The notes beneath the pieces are model-generated. The model saw only the letters and a list, made by a program, of their open reading frames with translations, did not search any database and was not told the DNA's origin. Source: Ruditapes philippinarum (taxonomy: Eukaryota). Taken from it: a stretch of DNA of 64,000 nucleotides. The DNA is taken from NCBI RefSeq assembly GCF_026571515.1, contig NW_026857798.1, forward strand, positions 1 through 64,000. The letters run 5' to 3'. Shown here piece after piece: positions 12,391 to 25,729 of the stretch; position 1 is the stretch's first letter; each line of letters starts with the position of its first letter. The position numbers were made by a program, and so were the translations under genes.

Positions 12391-14670
12391 ATTTTACCTA
12401 AAATGTTTTATAAATGTTACTCTGTATTGCATGTTTGTAAAATGTCCTTTAGTGAATACATAAAACTAAAGATTCAAAGATGATTTGAAACAAAGGCAAA
12501 GTATAATTAATTTCTATTATGACCTTTTTTGTGGTTAAAAGTTATGCTGGAAAAATATTCAAGCAATTATACATTTTTCATTTCATATTTTTGTCTTTAT
12601 AGGTGGGCCTCAATACAACATTTGTAACATAATTTTTATTTTGCCTTCCTTCGGAGGAGAGGTGTTATATTGCTTTCAGTCCATTGGTTGGTCGGTCAGT
12701 CTGTCGATCCATAAACCAAACCTTTTCCAGTCAATAACATTAGAACACCTTGGCCTTTGAACTCAAACATTTTATGGAGATTGGTCATGACCAGCAGATG
12801 TTTTTGAGGTCACTAGGTTAAAGGTCAATATCATATTGACGTCGACTTTTATTTACTTGGCTTTAAATTTGAATATGTATGGTGTCTGTGGCTGAGTGGT
12901 AAATGTTGTTGACTTCAAACGACTTGCCAATCATCATTGTAGTTTAGGCATGCTAAAACATCTAATAAACTTTGATCGAGCTCAGGCCATTTGTACCTAT
13001 CGAGTAGTACAACAACTGTACCTTAGTGACCACCCCTTATTTCTCGGATCATCATTTGTGATCATGCAGTTTGAAAAGCCAAATAAATCCAGTAAAGGTA
13101 TTCTTAGATAAATGATTTATAAAATTTGCTTTGGTTGATATTAAACTTCAATACATGTGTGATGCACATTTAAAGTCCAAAGTAGTAATAAATAACAAAT
13201 TGTCATTAGGTAGACATACATATTTCACAAACATTTCTTGTATATCATTCAGTGCGATTTGTGATAATTTTGTTTATGCTTATTTTTATGAAAATTTTAA
13301 AAATGCATTTAAAAGAATTATATTATTGTGAAGTGAGCAAAGAAAATACTCCTATTAACACATTACAAACAGCGCGTGCAATACATGTCAATTAATAAAA
13401 ACAGGTCAAAATAAGCAAAAATAGTCCTTATTGCGTTATATATTAGTAAGACAGAAGAGATATCGTGATACATACTGCAACATCAATCCTTAATACCACA
13501 CAACATGTTAATTATTAATTGAATCTTACATATTATTATGACTTGTTGCCATATATTTTTGTCAGATAATTCTTTACGGCAATGTGTCCATTTACTTAAT
13601 TACTACTAAACATGAGCGAAACAAAATAGTTTTCTTTAAATGTTGTTAAGTTTACTGTTTGTGCTTTGAAATAAATATCTTTTAGTTAGATTATATGTTT
13701 TTCTTTGTACACTATCATTTTGTTATTGTGACCACTATAAATCAATTTTATTTCAATTTGAATAAAGTCGTAACCCAACGCAAATGAAAATTACTATGTA
13801 CTGTGGTATATTTTGTCAGAGTGATAACGTACCACAACATCGCTTATACACAGTATTGTAATATGTTACTTCAGTCATAGAAATTGCAGACGGTGTAGTT
13901 GATCATCATATATTTTATATAAAAAAATCATGAAATATAACCCTTCCGACCAACAACTTAAAAACTTTTTGAAAAAAAATGGAAAAAGACTTATTGAATT
14001 TGAAATCTGAAGAATTTTGAAACAAATTGGTTGAACATTTATTTGGAGCTTTGCATTATGGCCCTACTGGCCTTTGATGACTTTTAGTAAAAGTCACAAT
14101 GACCCGACCATTAATTGGCTGGTCATATGGGGTAGGGCATACATCTTTTATATATCTTGTCATTTTGATATCGCTAAATTTGATAATGGACAGTTCAAGA
14201 AATGAAAAGTGAACTGGAAGTTATTGGTTCATAAAAATCTAGCGCAAACAGTATTTTATGTAAGTTAAACTTATAACTGTACACATTATGATTAAGAGTA
14301 TTTTAAACATAATTGTAATATTTAGATATGAAGAATGAACAATATGTCCTTATTTCATTTTATAGTATCCTCAAAAATAATTAAAAAGTGAAACCAAATA
14401 ATACTTCAAAATTTTGTTAATTTAGATTAATATTGAAATTTTAAACGTGTACTGATCATATAAAGTGAAATCATAAAGGGGAAACTCCCAGAATGGAAAG
14501 GAATTAATGTAAGTGCTTTGCTTGTTTTCCAATCTATATACATATATGTTGTGATGTAAAATGATACATGCTTGTAAATTTGCTAAATACAATATGTTTA
14601 AACTAAAGTATCCACCTATGCAAAACATATGAACGGAATAACAAATTATACAATGATATAATGTGTACAA

Positions 14671-15161
14671 TTTTTGGCCAAGTTGCACAGGTGCAAACCT
14701 TATTTATAGTAAGGGTGAATGTCGGGCAGCAGGCGGGCAGGGAAGCATTTTCGTAAGAGTTTTCTCAGTAACTACTTTTCACAGCCTCATGAATTTTGGC
14801 ATACATCATTGACACGTGATCCCATTTACATTTGGATTCTATTTCAGGTCTGTCGCTCATCCACTTCCTGTTTTTCGACTTAATTATATTTTTCAACATT
14901 AATGGTCAATAGTAGGAAACTGTCGTAACAGTTTTTTCAGTTAACTACTTATCACAGCCTTTTGATATTTGGCATACAGCATTAACGTGTGATCTGATTT
15001 GTGGGATTTGATTTCACGTCTGTCACTCACCCTCTTTCTGTTTACTGTGCTAGTTAATTTTCCACATTTTTGGTCAATGGTAAAGTTTTTTCGTAACATT
15101 AGCCTCATGAATGATATTTGGTATAAAAACACAACCTGCCTTTTCTGTCTTTGACCCATTG
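14671..15161. mobile_element. HINE-like element family B, two units
   Basis: Same termini (tttttggcca...; ttttctgtctttgacccatt) and unit as 6368-7216. Confidence 0.8.
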
Positions 15162-15261
15162 TTAGCTCCTATTTTCAAAGAAAAAAGTTGAGTAACTTCA
15201 TGACCCTCTCGTCAGCATTAACATTGACATAGACATTAGTTAACCTTTAAGTTAAGGTCCA

Positions 15262-16030
15262 TTTTTTGACGGTTTGCACAGCTGCAAACCCGGGTTATAG
15301 TACGGTTAATGTCGGATGGGCGGCGGGCGGGCGGGGAGAACAGTTTTCTCAGCAACTCCTTATCACAGCCTCTTAATATTTGGCATACAGTATTGACATG
15401 TGGTCCCAAACTGTAGGATCTGTTTCAGATCTTTCACTCATTCACTTCCTGTTTAACGACTTAGTTAAATTTTCGACATTAATCGTCAATGGTAGTAAAT
15501 TTTCGCAACAGTTTTCTCAGCAACTACTTATCACAGCTTCTTAATATTTGGCATACAACATTGACAAGTAGTCCCACACTGTGGGATTTAATTTCAGACT
15601 GTTTGTTGCTCATCCAGTTCCTGTTTACCGACTTAGATAAATTTTCGGCATTAATGATCATTGGTATTTGGCATACAGCATCGACACGTAGTCGCATACC
15701 GTTGTATTTAATTTCAGGTCTGTCGCTCATCCACTTCCTGTTTACTTACTTTATAGTTAAATTTTGGACATTAATTATCAATGGAAGAACAGTTTCGTAA
15801 CAGTTTTCTCAGCAACTACTTATCACAGCCTTTTGATATTTGGCATACTGCATTGACATGTAAACCCATACCGTGAGATTCGATTTCAGGTCTGTTGCTT
15901 ATCCACTTCCTGTTTACCGACTCAGTTAAATTTCCGACATTAAAGGTCCGTGGTAATTTTTGTAGCATCACAGCATCATGATATTTGGTATTCAAATGCA
16001 ACCCGGTATTTTCTGTCTTTGACCCATTGT
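15262..16030. mobile_element. HINE-like element family B, about four units
   Basis: Same termini and unit as 6368-7216. Confidence 0.8.
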
Positions 16031-16454
16031 CTCAGAAATACAATGGCTTATTATTCATTTCAAACTTGGTGTACTTTTTATTGTCATGAAAAAACACCAT
16101 AACTTTTCAAAAGGGCAGATAATCCTAATTTGTTTTTATAAGTAAAAATGTATTTACTTTAAACTTGCGATTCTTGTAGACTATCAAGGGCAGGTAAGTC
16201 TGCTAATCACATTTGCAGAATTATATTCTTTCTTTTCTATGCTGATTTTATTGAACTATATATATATTATAAAGCAGCACTCTTTCTCATTAACCAGATA
16301 GAAAAATCCGTAAATGTTACTAAAAATAGCCGAACTTCTTTTCATATTCCTACGCACCAACAGAAGGGGAGTAATACAGCATAACTTTATAATATAAACA
16401 GATAGGTGTTACTTCCCTTGTCATGATAGAAAGAACGACAATCAAATAAGATGA

Positions 16455-17085
16455 AACTAGAACTGTGTCTAAAGGACACGGATGCCCCCACTGACAACAT
16501 ATATGTGATATATATAGTGAAAAAAATCAACAAAGGGCCATAATTCTGTTAAATTTGGTTGCAGAAAAAATTCCTTCCTTTACTTCCGTCTACACATTAA
16601 GGTTGTTCATCCCTGCAAGTTTAAGCAAAATCTGCCATCCGGTTTAAGAGGAGTTGCGTTCACAAAATTTCTATATGGTATATAGTGAAAAAAATCTACA
16701 AAGGGCCATAATTCTCTTAAATTTGGTCGCGGCAAAAATTCCTTTTTTAACTACCATTTACACATAAAAGTTGTTCATCCCTGGAAGTTTAAGCAAAATC
16801 TGCCATCCGGTTTAAGAGGAGTTGCGTTCACAAAATTTCTATATAGAATTTAGTGAAAAAATCAACAAAGGGCCATAATTCTCTTAAATATGGCCGCAGC
16901 AAAAATTCGTTCCTTTACTGCCATCTACACATTAAGGTTGTTCATCCCTGAAAGTTTAGGCGAAATCTGCCATCCGGTTTAAGAGGAATTGCGTTCACAA
17001 GATTTCGGGACGTACGGACGGACTGCCTGCCGGACGGAAGGACAAGTGCAACGCTATATGCAGCCCACTTTGTGGGGGCATAAAA
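16455..17085 (+). mobile_element. HINE-like element family A, three ~168-bp units
   Basis: aactagaactgtgtctaaaggacac hairpin end; subterminal IR atgccccc/gggggcat; units starting near 16513, 16681 and 16849; (GACG)n; terminal palindrome cccactttgtggg; A-run. Confidence 0.85.
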
Positions 17086-17519
17086 AGTAAATTTTCGTGT
17101 TGGTGACACGAAATGGAGGAAAGGGCAAAATAGTTGATAAATACATCCACTTGGTACCTATGCTATGTATAAGGTACAACTATTCAATGATGGGAAATTT
17201 TTGACTCTTGCAAAACATGAAGTGGTAAAAGGTCTTTCTGATTTAATGACGTTCACTTGTGACCTGTACAGCCAATTTATTATTCCAAAAAAGGCAATTC
17301 AAGTGCAAACATCCAGCCTGAATCTTCATATATTGATAGCTTGTTTGAAACTCAATCCTGGACACTCTTAACAGCTCAGAACTCTGACATTTCTCTCCCT
17401 GAAAAAAGTGATTTACCTTACCAAATTTCAAGAACAACTTATCTTACTACTGGTAAAACAGGATCTAAATTGCCAAATATTTCCCAAAAACTTCAAGGTA
17501 ACAGGTTTGGACCTCCTCT

Positions 17520-18650
17520 TGAAATTGAAGATATGAAAATCAACAAACAAGACGAAAAACAATATCACATCAAAGACTCCTTGAAGCGTACCTTGTTGGT
17601 TAAAATAAAAATCGCCAAATCCATGAAAACCCTGATAATGAGCTCAATTTGTACCTATGTCAGTTTATTGTCAGAAGAATGGAGATGAATATTAATCTAT
17701 CTCACTATGAAGTATGATCAACAGTTTTGAAAGATATCTGAAAAGGCACCATTATGATATAAGTTTAGTTAATGGGTATGAATTTGGTAAGCTTCCTGAA
17801 GTATTAAAGTGTAATCAAAAAGACTTAAAAAAACAAGACCGTGGCAGTAAACCAAAAGCAGCTGGCACAATCAATGATGACGAAATAGAGCTTCTGTACA
17901 CCTCAAGACAGTTGGGTACTTCTGCCCCTACTGCACTAATCAACACTCTATGACTGAACAACACTCTACATTTTTGAATGAGAGGTGGTGGCATTGAACA
18001 CAGATAGCTATGTTGGCGTGATATTACCCTTTGCTTTGACAGTTATCTTGGTAGGCAAGTCAATATTTTATTTATTGTCCGAAAGTCATATAAATACATA
18101 TTTTAATAGATAAATATTCGCTATAAGTAGGAATATATTTATGTATCATAAAAGAATAGAAAAAGTTTGATAAATACTTTAAATATTCGCTATTGACCAA
18201 CATATATACACATCCAAGAATGTATGCTACAAATTGAAGTCTACAAAAATATGGTGACAAAAGTCTTTCAACTATGAAGAACAATGAAAGTCCTTTATAT
18301 CTATATATAGTGACAAATGATGAAAATCCTACATACAATGAAAGATGGTTTCTTTCAAAACCAATAGGAGTTAACAAATTAAACCGAGTATTAAAACGTA
18401 TGGCAGAAAAGGCAAACCTACGTGATCTCCAATTCAAGCGCCTCTCAAACACAAGTGTCAGAAAACACTTGTGTCAGAAACTTCTGGACAGCATTGTACG
18501 CGATACCCATGCTGTACATGTCACTGGACACAAATCCACAATCTTTTAACAATTACAGGATACTTTTCAACAGGCAACAGCATTCTATGTCTAGGATTCT
18601 ATCTATCACTCGGCCAGACAAGGAGAACATCACTAGACCCAATGAAATTC
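17520..18650 (+). mobile_element. Decayed Crypton-type tyrosine recombinase (DUF3504/ZMYM-QRICH1-KCTD1-related)
   Basis: Fragments SFERYLK..., LKKQDRGSKPKAA, LGTSAPTALINTL, HF*MRGG.EHR, WF.SKPIGVNKL...MAEKA, SNTSVRK, VTGHK and PQSFNNY occur in the order expected for CryptonA-like recombinases; many stops and frameshifts. Confidence 0.8.
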
Positions 18651-21179
18651 CTCATGTACAACAGATTTCGCAAACATGTAGTCACAGACACTTTGAGTAT
18701 AGACTCCGCACTTTTCCGCCCCTGAATATAAAAAAACTAAAAGTATTATCTATGACAAGACTAACTTTTAAATTTTTGCTTATACATGTATTAGTATGAA
18801 ACGGTTAAGTGTCTAACACGTGAACAAGTTTGAATAGAATTTCATAAAGTTAAAAAAAGTCAGTTCATTCCTGAAGATACCAAGCTTCGAAATGTAAACA
18901 TAACTGACCTACATATATTTCAAGTATTTATGTTATCGCATGCCATTTATTTTTGGTATAAATCAGTCGATGCATATATTATTTTAATAAATAAATGCAT
19001 GTTATTATCCGATCGTACCTTTCTTCCAAGCTTTGCACATTTAATTACATTTTCCTAACCGTGTCACATGTTTCTTTACGAATTAATGACGACTGGAATG
19101 TTTCCCGAAAATTACAGCGGAAAACTTGCTTGGAAAAAGGAATTCAATCGCAACTACTCGGCCCTTTCCGTCAGTCTTCTTGATTTGGTTTTTTACTGAT
19201 TAGGGGAAGTAACCGCTGCGGGGATTTTGGTTCTCGGCGTAAATGAAAGCGCAAAACAGTGCCGAAACTCATTCCAGTCGTCTCACATCAAAGGAATATA
19301 GATATACCAAAAATTCGAAGACTCAAAACAAAAGAGAGTAGCAAAGTAAGCAAGGAATCAAGATTCAGAACCGAAATCTGGAAAATTGTCTCCATTCATG
19401 CCAATTTAGGAGACACCTGTATATCGTGAAGGTAGTCCATTACCTCAGCAGGTTCTTACACCAAGAAATGCTGATTATATTGCCAGAGAGCTTAAACAGG
19501 CAAAAATAGTGCAGAAGATAAACCGAGAAGAAAGCGTGAAAAGACACCAAAAGGTGATCTCATTGATAAAGATAAAAACTTGTTGAAAATATAAAGCAGG
19601 AAGGATACAAGTTCCCCAACACCAGGAATATCTTCCCCACAGTATCAGAAGCTAGCAGGTAATGAACAAGACAATGAAATTTCCGACATTGAAGTTTGAT
19701 GGGTTAATTATGCTTGTCATTATGTTAAGTGTACATCAGTGTTTAAGGGATAATTTTTTATAGTTGTATGTCTACTTCTTTGCGTTGGAAAAAGATAAAA
19801 GATAAATAATTTTCAATGTTTCACTGATTAAATTTTTATTTCTCATTTTTTAAGAGCATTCAGTCATTGAGCTAAATATAAGATTATATCTGTGATTCAG
19901 TGAATAAATTACTTTAGTAATGATATTGCATGTACATGTTATTTATTTTAGATTTTTTTATTATTGTAAACATTAAAGTCTCATATATACAAAGTCATGT
20001 TTTTTTAATTATTATATCCCTAAAACATAACATGGAAGAGGGGATACTGGAATGAATGTGTCATGTCTGTCAATGAGACATGTCCACTTTATAAATCCTG
20101 TAAGACTGATTTTTTTTTTCAAACTTTGCTGGTATGTAAAACTCAGTAAGGCAGTAGTCAACACTCTTGTAGCAACTATGCAGGCTTAAAGTCATCCTTT
20201 ATTAAGGTCATGATTCGAACATTTTGTGTCTGCCCTAAAATATGAACTTTTCAACAAAATGATGAATTTCACTTCTTAATACCCTAGCTGTGTCATGGAG
20301 GTCATGTTGGGGGTATCAATTTGGCAATCCTTTGTCATGTCCAGTTCAGTTTTAGTTTTATTGTTATGTTTGTATTAGTATTATTTTTGTTGTTTTACGT
20401 TAATACGTCTTCCTTTTAAGAAAAAAACCTAGCTATCATGATGGATTGGTTGTTGCCGTGAATTTTTAGCTTTTCTTGCTTCGAAGAAAAAGTCCAGCTA
20501 TTATGATCACTTTGGAGATGTCGTTGTTGTCATGCAACAACTTTAATGTAGCCCATTGTTCAAACAATTTTTAAGGTAGCAATATGAAATTTGGATTGCC
20601 TGCTTATCATGACAAGGCACAGTAGTTTGACAAGGGGCGTAAGGGGATTTTAGAAATATTCCCTGTATGTGCATCCTTTTTGTCTCGGAACAGAAGTCCA
20701 AAAGACACTTCAGCGATTTTCTTTAAACATCATACGCATAGCTACTCTTTAAAGTGAATACACTAGCAAAGCATAATTATTGGTACAAGTAAGTGAAAGT
20801 ACATAAAACAATAATTCTATCTTGCCTACTGTTAGAGTTATTTGCCTTATCAGATTTACTTTAAAAGGTTTGTACAGAGCAAAACTCCTAAAGTACTTGA
20901 GAGTTTTTCTTCAATCAAGATACATTGACAAAGCATTTTGAAAGAATGTGCAATTTGCAAGAACAATAACTCTACCTAACTACTTTAAAAGTTATTCCCC
21001 TTTTATTAGATTTACTTGAAACCTTTTCATTGCTTTGTTCATTTCCCACTTACTCAAAAATCTTTAGTTAGCATTTTTAATATTTTCTCCCAACACATAA
21101 ACGGAGGAAAGTACAACCTTTATGTAACTTCTTTATATAGAGGTTATAAAACATGGCTCTTGTTATAATAAATTTCAAA

Positions 21180-22485
21180 CGAACAATAGCCAACGTCCAA
21201 GAGGGGGCATCGCTTGACTTTTTAACTTTTTTTGAAAGCAAACAAATAAACGGTTAAAAGAAATCTTTAAAAAGAAAATTAGAGGAAAAAAGTGTTTCCA
21301 TTTTTTATTTTATTAGGTCTATCTAGTCACACTTGTTGTTTTGTCCAAGTATGATTCCTTTCCATTAATAAATGACATAGTTAAGAAAATAGGCCTATAG
21401 TCAAAATTCAATCATCTGACGGTCAAGGTCATTTAAAGGTCAATGTCATATCTACACTATTCCTCATGTCTGTTTAGTCACAAGTGTTGTTTTGTCTTCT
21501 TATGACTCAAATGCGTACACATAGAACAAAATTATAACAACTTTGCCAAAATTCATTACTTTGACTTGCCTGTCGTTGTCATTTAAAGGTAAAGGTCAGT
21601 TCAACATTAAATATTAAAATAATCCATTGGTTAATTTTAAAGTTACAGCCAATTGTAGTGATAATCAGTGAAAACAAAAATAAGTTGATGGTCAAGGTCA
21701 TACATGAAACAATGTCAATTTGAGTTCCATAAATAACCTGCCCAAAATGGTGTGTATTGATACGAAATCAATCCATTTATAAATAACAAAGTTACAGCCA
21801 GTTACAAAAACAAGAGATTTTCATTACTTTGACCTTAACAGACCAGTTCAATTAAAGGTGTAGGTCACATCTAAATTATTCAATAGGTTTGTTTTATCTT
21901 ATTAAAAATCAAATCTGTACATAAATAACAAAATTATGGCAATTTAACCAAAATCCAATAATTTGACTGTCAAGGGTCAATGGCATGTAAAGCTCAAGGT
22001 GGTCAGTTCAACCTTTTAAAAGGTCTTTTCAAAAAGGTTATTTTGTCAAAATATGAAGTTAATCCATTTATTTGTCAATTATAGCAAAAATCAGCGAATA
22101 TTCAATTTAACCGTCAAGGCAATTTGAGTTTGATATATACTGAAACAAAAAAGAAACTTTCTCCAAGTTTGAATGTAGATATGTTAGTACAGTTTTTCAA
22201 TCCTTTTGAAACTCGATTTTTACGTTGAATAAACATATCGGGCTGACCGATTTTGCGAACAAAACGAGTTTTACAAGCTACTACATGTATATAAGTGTGT
22301 ACATCTAAGTGGTACCCTTGAACAACTGGCACATACTTTGCGAAAGTTTTTTTTTGGTTCAGTATATATGAAGGTCTTATCCTAATTAAAGAGTGTTCTG
22401 TTATAATATGAAGTCAATCCATTCAATAATAACAAAGTAATAGCCAGTTACAGCAGAAAAAAAATGAAAATTTCAATAATATGAA
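21180..22485. repeat. Degenerate tandem-repeat element (tcaaggtca family), opposite orientation to 24673-33097
   Basis: Recurrent ggtcaaggtca, aatccatt..taataacaaagttacagcca units. Confidence 0.6.
22132..22369. mobile_element. Possible MITE
   Basis: atatatactgaaacaaaaaagaaacttt / aaagtttttttttggttcagtatatat inverted arms. Confidence 0.55.
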
Positions 22486-22491
22486 TTAATG

Positions 22492-22617
22492 TGTGGTATT
22501 TTGGACAGTGGAAACATAGCCTAACACACAAATGTAACACTGGCTACTTCGTGAGTGGAGCAACAAATATCACATGCATGCAAGATGGCACTTGGGATGA
22601 GGACCAATCCAAGTGTG
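22492..22617 (+). pseudogene. Sushi/CCP domain exon relic 1
   Basis: CGILDSGNIA, then after a frameshift HKCNTGYFVSGATNITCMQDGTWDEDQSKC, followed by a phase-1 donor G|gtaaac. Confidence 0.75.
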
Positions 22618-23154
22618 GTAAACATTTTATATACATTATTTAACTATTTGACAAATTTCTGATCCGAATATTTTAAATAGTTAAAATGTATCTCAAACGG
22701 GAGCAGTGGCCAAGGTGTCTGCCTCTCAACCCAGGGATCGTTGGTTTTTCTTTATCAGTGTTACAACTGTTTCCTCATACAACAGCAGTGATGCAGTCAA
22801 GTTGAGAATGGTTCAAAATATCTTCACTCTTCATCACAACATCGCTAAAACTAAATATATTTTATGCATTCATTTGTTGTTCAATTAGTGCAAGGATATG
22901 CTAGGTGATAACATTGCATAATTAACAGATAAACTTAGATAGTTTAATTTATATATATATTGTTTTAAACAGAATGCCATTTCATTAAATTTGTTGCTTT
23001 GAATCTGTACAATGTATCAGTAAACATGTTTTCTAGACAAGAAAACTTTTGAACAACTCATTAATACATATATATGTTTAATACCGTAGTAACATTAAAG
23101 AGAAACAGTTTGCAATATAATTTTTACGTTTAATACAATTGTACTGTTATTCAG

Positions 23155-24663
23155 TATGCAATCCTCCAAATGCCCAGAGGAATGGTAATTTAAGGGTATC
23201 AGCTGATGGCATGTCTCTGAAGTACATGTATTTCTGTGATGAAGGTTATAAAAAAAGTTTGGGGGGTATATAGGAGTCACCCGTTGGTCGGTCAGTCGGT
23301 CGGTCCAGACGTCCGTTTCATTTTCCTTGTCCGGAGCATAACTTGAAGTCTTATGGTTGGAATTCAATATATCTACAAACAATAGTCGAGCACATTGAGA
23401 GGAAGTGCAGTGCATAAGAACCATAACTCTCACTTGAATAATTAAAGAGTTATTGCCCTTTGTTGCTTTTCTTTGTCCGGGGCATAACTTGAAAGCAACT
23501 GGTTGGAATTCAAAATAACTTCATACAATTGTCAAACATAATAAGGGGAAGTGCAGTGCACAAGAACCATAACTCTATCTTAAGTAATTACAGAGTTATT
23601 GCCCTTTGTTACTTTTCCATTGATTTTTTTTGTCCTGACCATAACTTGAAGACTAATGATTTGAATTCAATATAACTACATACAATGGTCAAGCACATTG
23701 AGAGGAAGTGCAGTGCATAAGAACCATAACTCTAACTTGAATAATTACAGAGTTATTGCCCTTTGTTACTTGCCCTTGTCCAGGGCATAACTTGAAAAAC
23801 AACTGCTTGGAATTCAAAACAATTTCATACAATTGTCAAACAAAATCAGGGGAAGTGCATTGCACAAGAGCCATAACTCTATCTAAAGTAATTACAGACT
23901 TATTGCCCTTTGTTACTTTTCCATTGCTTTCTTTTGTCCGGACCATAACTTGAAGACAAATGGTTAGAATTCAATATAACTTCATACAATGGTCAAGCAC
24001 ATTCAGAGAAATGCAGTGTACAAGAACCGTATTTCCATCTTGACTTAGTATTACAGAGTTATTGCCCTTTGTTACTTTTCCTTGTCCAGAGCATAACTTG
24101 AAAACTACTGTTTTGAATTCAATACAACTTCATACAGTTCTCAAAGACATTAAAAGGAAGTGCAGTGCACAAGAGCCATAACTCCATTTTGACAAAAAAC
24201 AGAGTTACTGCCCTTTTATACTTTTCCTTGTCAGGAGCATAACTTAAAACGTACTGGTTGGCACTCAAAACAACTTCATACAATGGTCAAGCACAATACG
24301 AGGAAGTGCAGTGCACAAGAACTATAGCTCTATCTTCAGTATTTATAGAGTTATTGCCCTTTGTTCCTTTTCATTGTCTTTCTGGACTTATTACAGAGTA
24401 ATTCAATTAAACTTCATCAATGGCCAACCACATTGAAAGGAAATACAACATATATGAACCACAACTATCTTTAATTGCCCACAACCATAACTCTATATTT
24501 CAATTCTTTTATAAGGTATTCTGTTACTAGTAACATCCTCTTTTCCGAAGCAGTCTTGTGGGGGTATTAATCACATTCAGTGATAGTTCTAGTTTAGATG
24601 AGACAGGCGTGAATACCTGCCACAATGATAGCACTGGATGGCAATATTCCCACCCAAAATGTG
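23155..24663 (+). pseudogene. Sushi/CCP domain exon relic 2, split by a tandem-repeat element
   Basis: Phase-1 acceptor ttattcag|TA, then CNPPNAQRNGNLRVSADGMSLKYMYFCDEGY (23157-23249), an insertion, then LDETGVNTCHNDSTGWQYSHPKC (24594-24662). Confidence 0.75.
23250..24594. mobile_element. HINE-like element with ~140-160 bp tandem array
   Basis: ggggggtatatagg end followed by a (GTCG/GTCC) microsatellite; repeated gcataacttgaa...ggaagtgcagtgcacaagaaccataactc...gagttattgcccttt units; other end gggggtattaatcac...gtgatagttctagtt. Confidence 0.8.
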
Positions 24664-25542
24664 ATGTTGATAGTTTTTAGCTCGACTTTTTTTTAAGAAA
24701 ATAGAGGTATTGTTACAGTCATGTTGAACGGTTGCCATTTCAGTCTGCAAACTTTTATCTTGATCACATTAAACTCAAATTACATTGCCTCTTTTATGAC
24801 ATTGACCGTTAAGGTTAAATTATTAAATGTTCACTAATTTTTGCTATTATTGACTGTAACTTGGTATTTGATAAATGGATAATCTTCATACTTTGACAAA
24901 ACAGGATTTTTGACAAGAGCAACTAAGCGGTGGAATTGACCTAGATTATGAGCTTTAAATGCCCTTGACCTTTAAGGTCAAATTATTAAAATTTGGAAAT
25001 ATGACAAAACATGACTTCTACTAAACCAACAAATTGGTGACCTTGACCTTAAATTGACCTTGATAGTCTTGGTCAGATTAATGAATTATCTTGTTTTAAG
25101 CTCACCTGAACTAGCTCGGGGTGAGCTTTTAGAATCGTTGAATGTCCGTTATATGTTGTCCGTCCATCATTAATTGTGAACACTCTTGTGGTCACAATTT
25201 TGCCTCCATCATCATCAAATTTTGTCAGAATGCTGTGAAGGTAATTGCTCGGATGAGTTCGAACATGGGTCATCTAGGATTAAAATCAAGGTCACAAGAT
25301 CTAAAAATTGGAAAAAACTTGTGAACACTGAAGTGGCTACTGTTTTGATCAAAATATTCTGGAAATTAGTCTGAAAGTTTGTTTTGATGATTAATTTTGT
25401 AGGTCAAGTTTGAAGATGGATCACCTTTGGTGGTTAAAAAACTAGGTCCCACCGACCAAATATGGAAAAACCTTGTTAACACTAGTAAGATGTCTTTTTT
25501 TAACTCAATTCTCATCAAACTTGGTCAGGATACTAGTATAGG

Positions 25543-25729
25543 CACGGATTTACATTAAATGGAAAAGCTATATAGTAATTTGTAAAGTACGTATCCGTTG
25601 CGATGGGGCATTTAAGCTTAGTGCCGGTAAACTATCGATCGATGTACCTTTATCGGGTGCACGACAAGGTATTTAAGCATTTATATAGGGTTAACTAGGT
25701 GTGTGCGATCCCTGCAATATAAATCCGTG
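25543..25729. mobile_element. 187-bp MITE, P-element-like ends
   Basis: TIR cacggattta(c/t)att; 7-bp TSD GTATAGG at 25536-25542 and 25730-25736. Confidence 0.8.
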
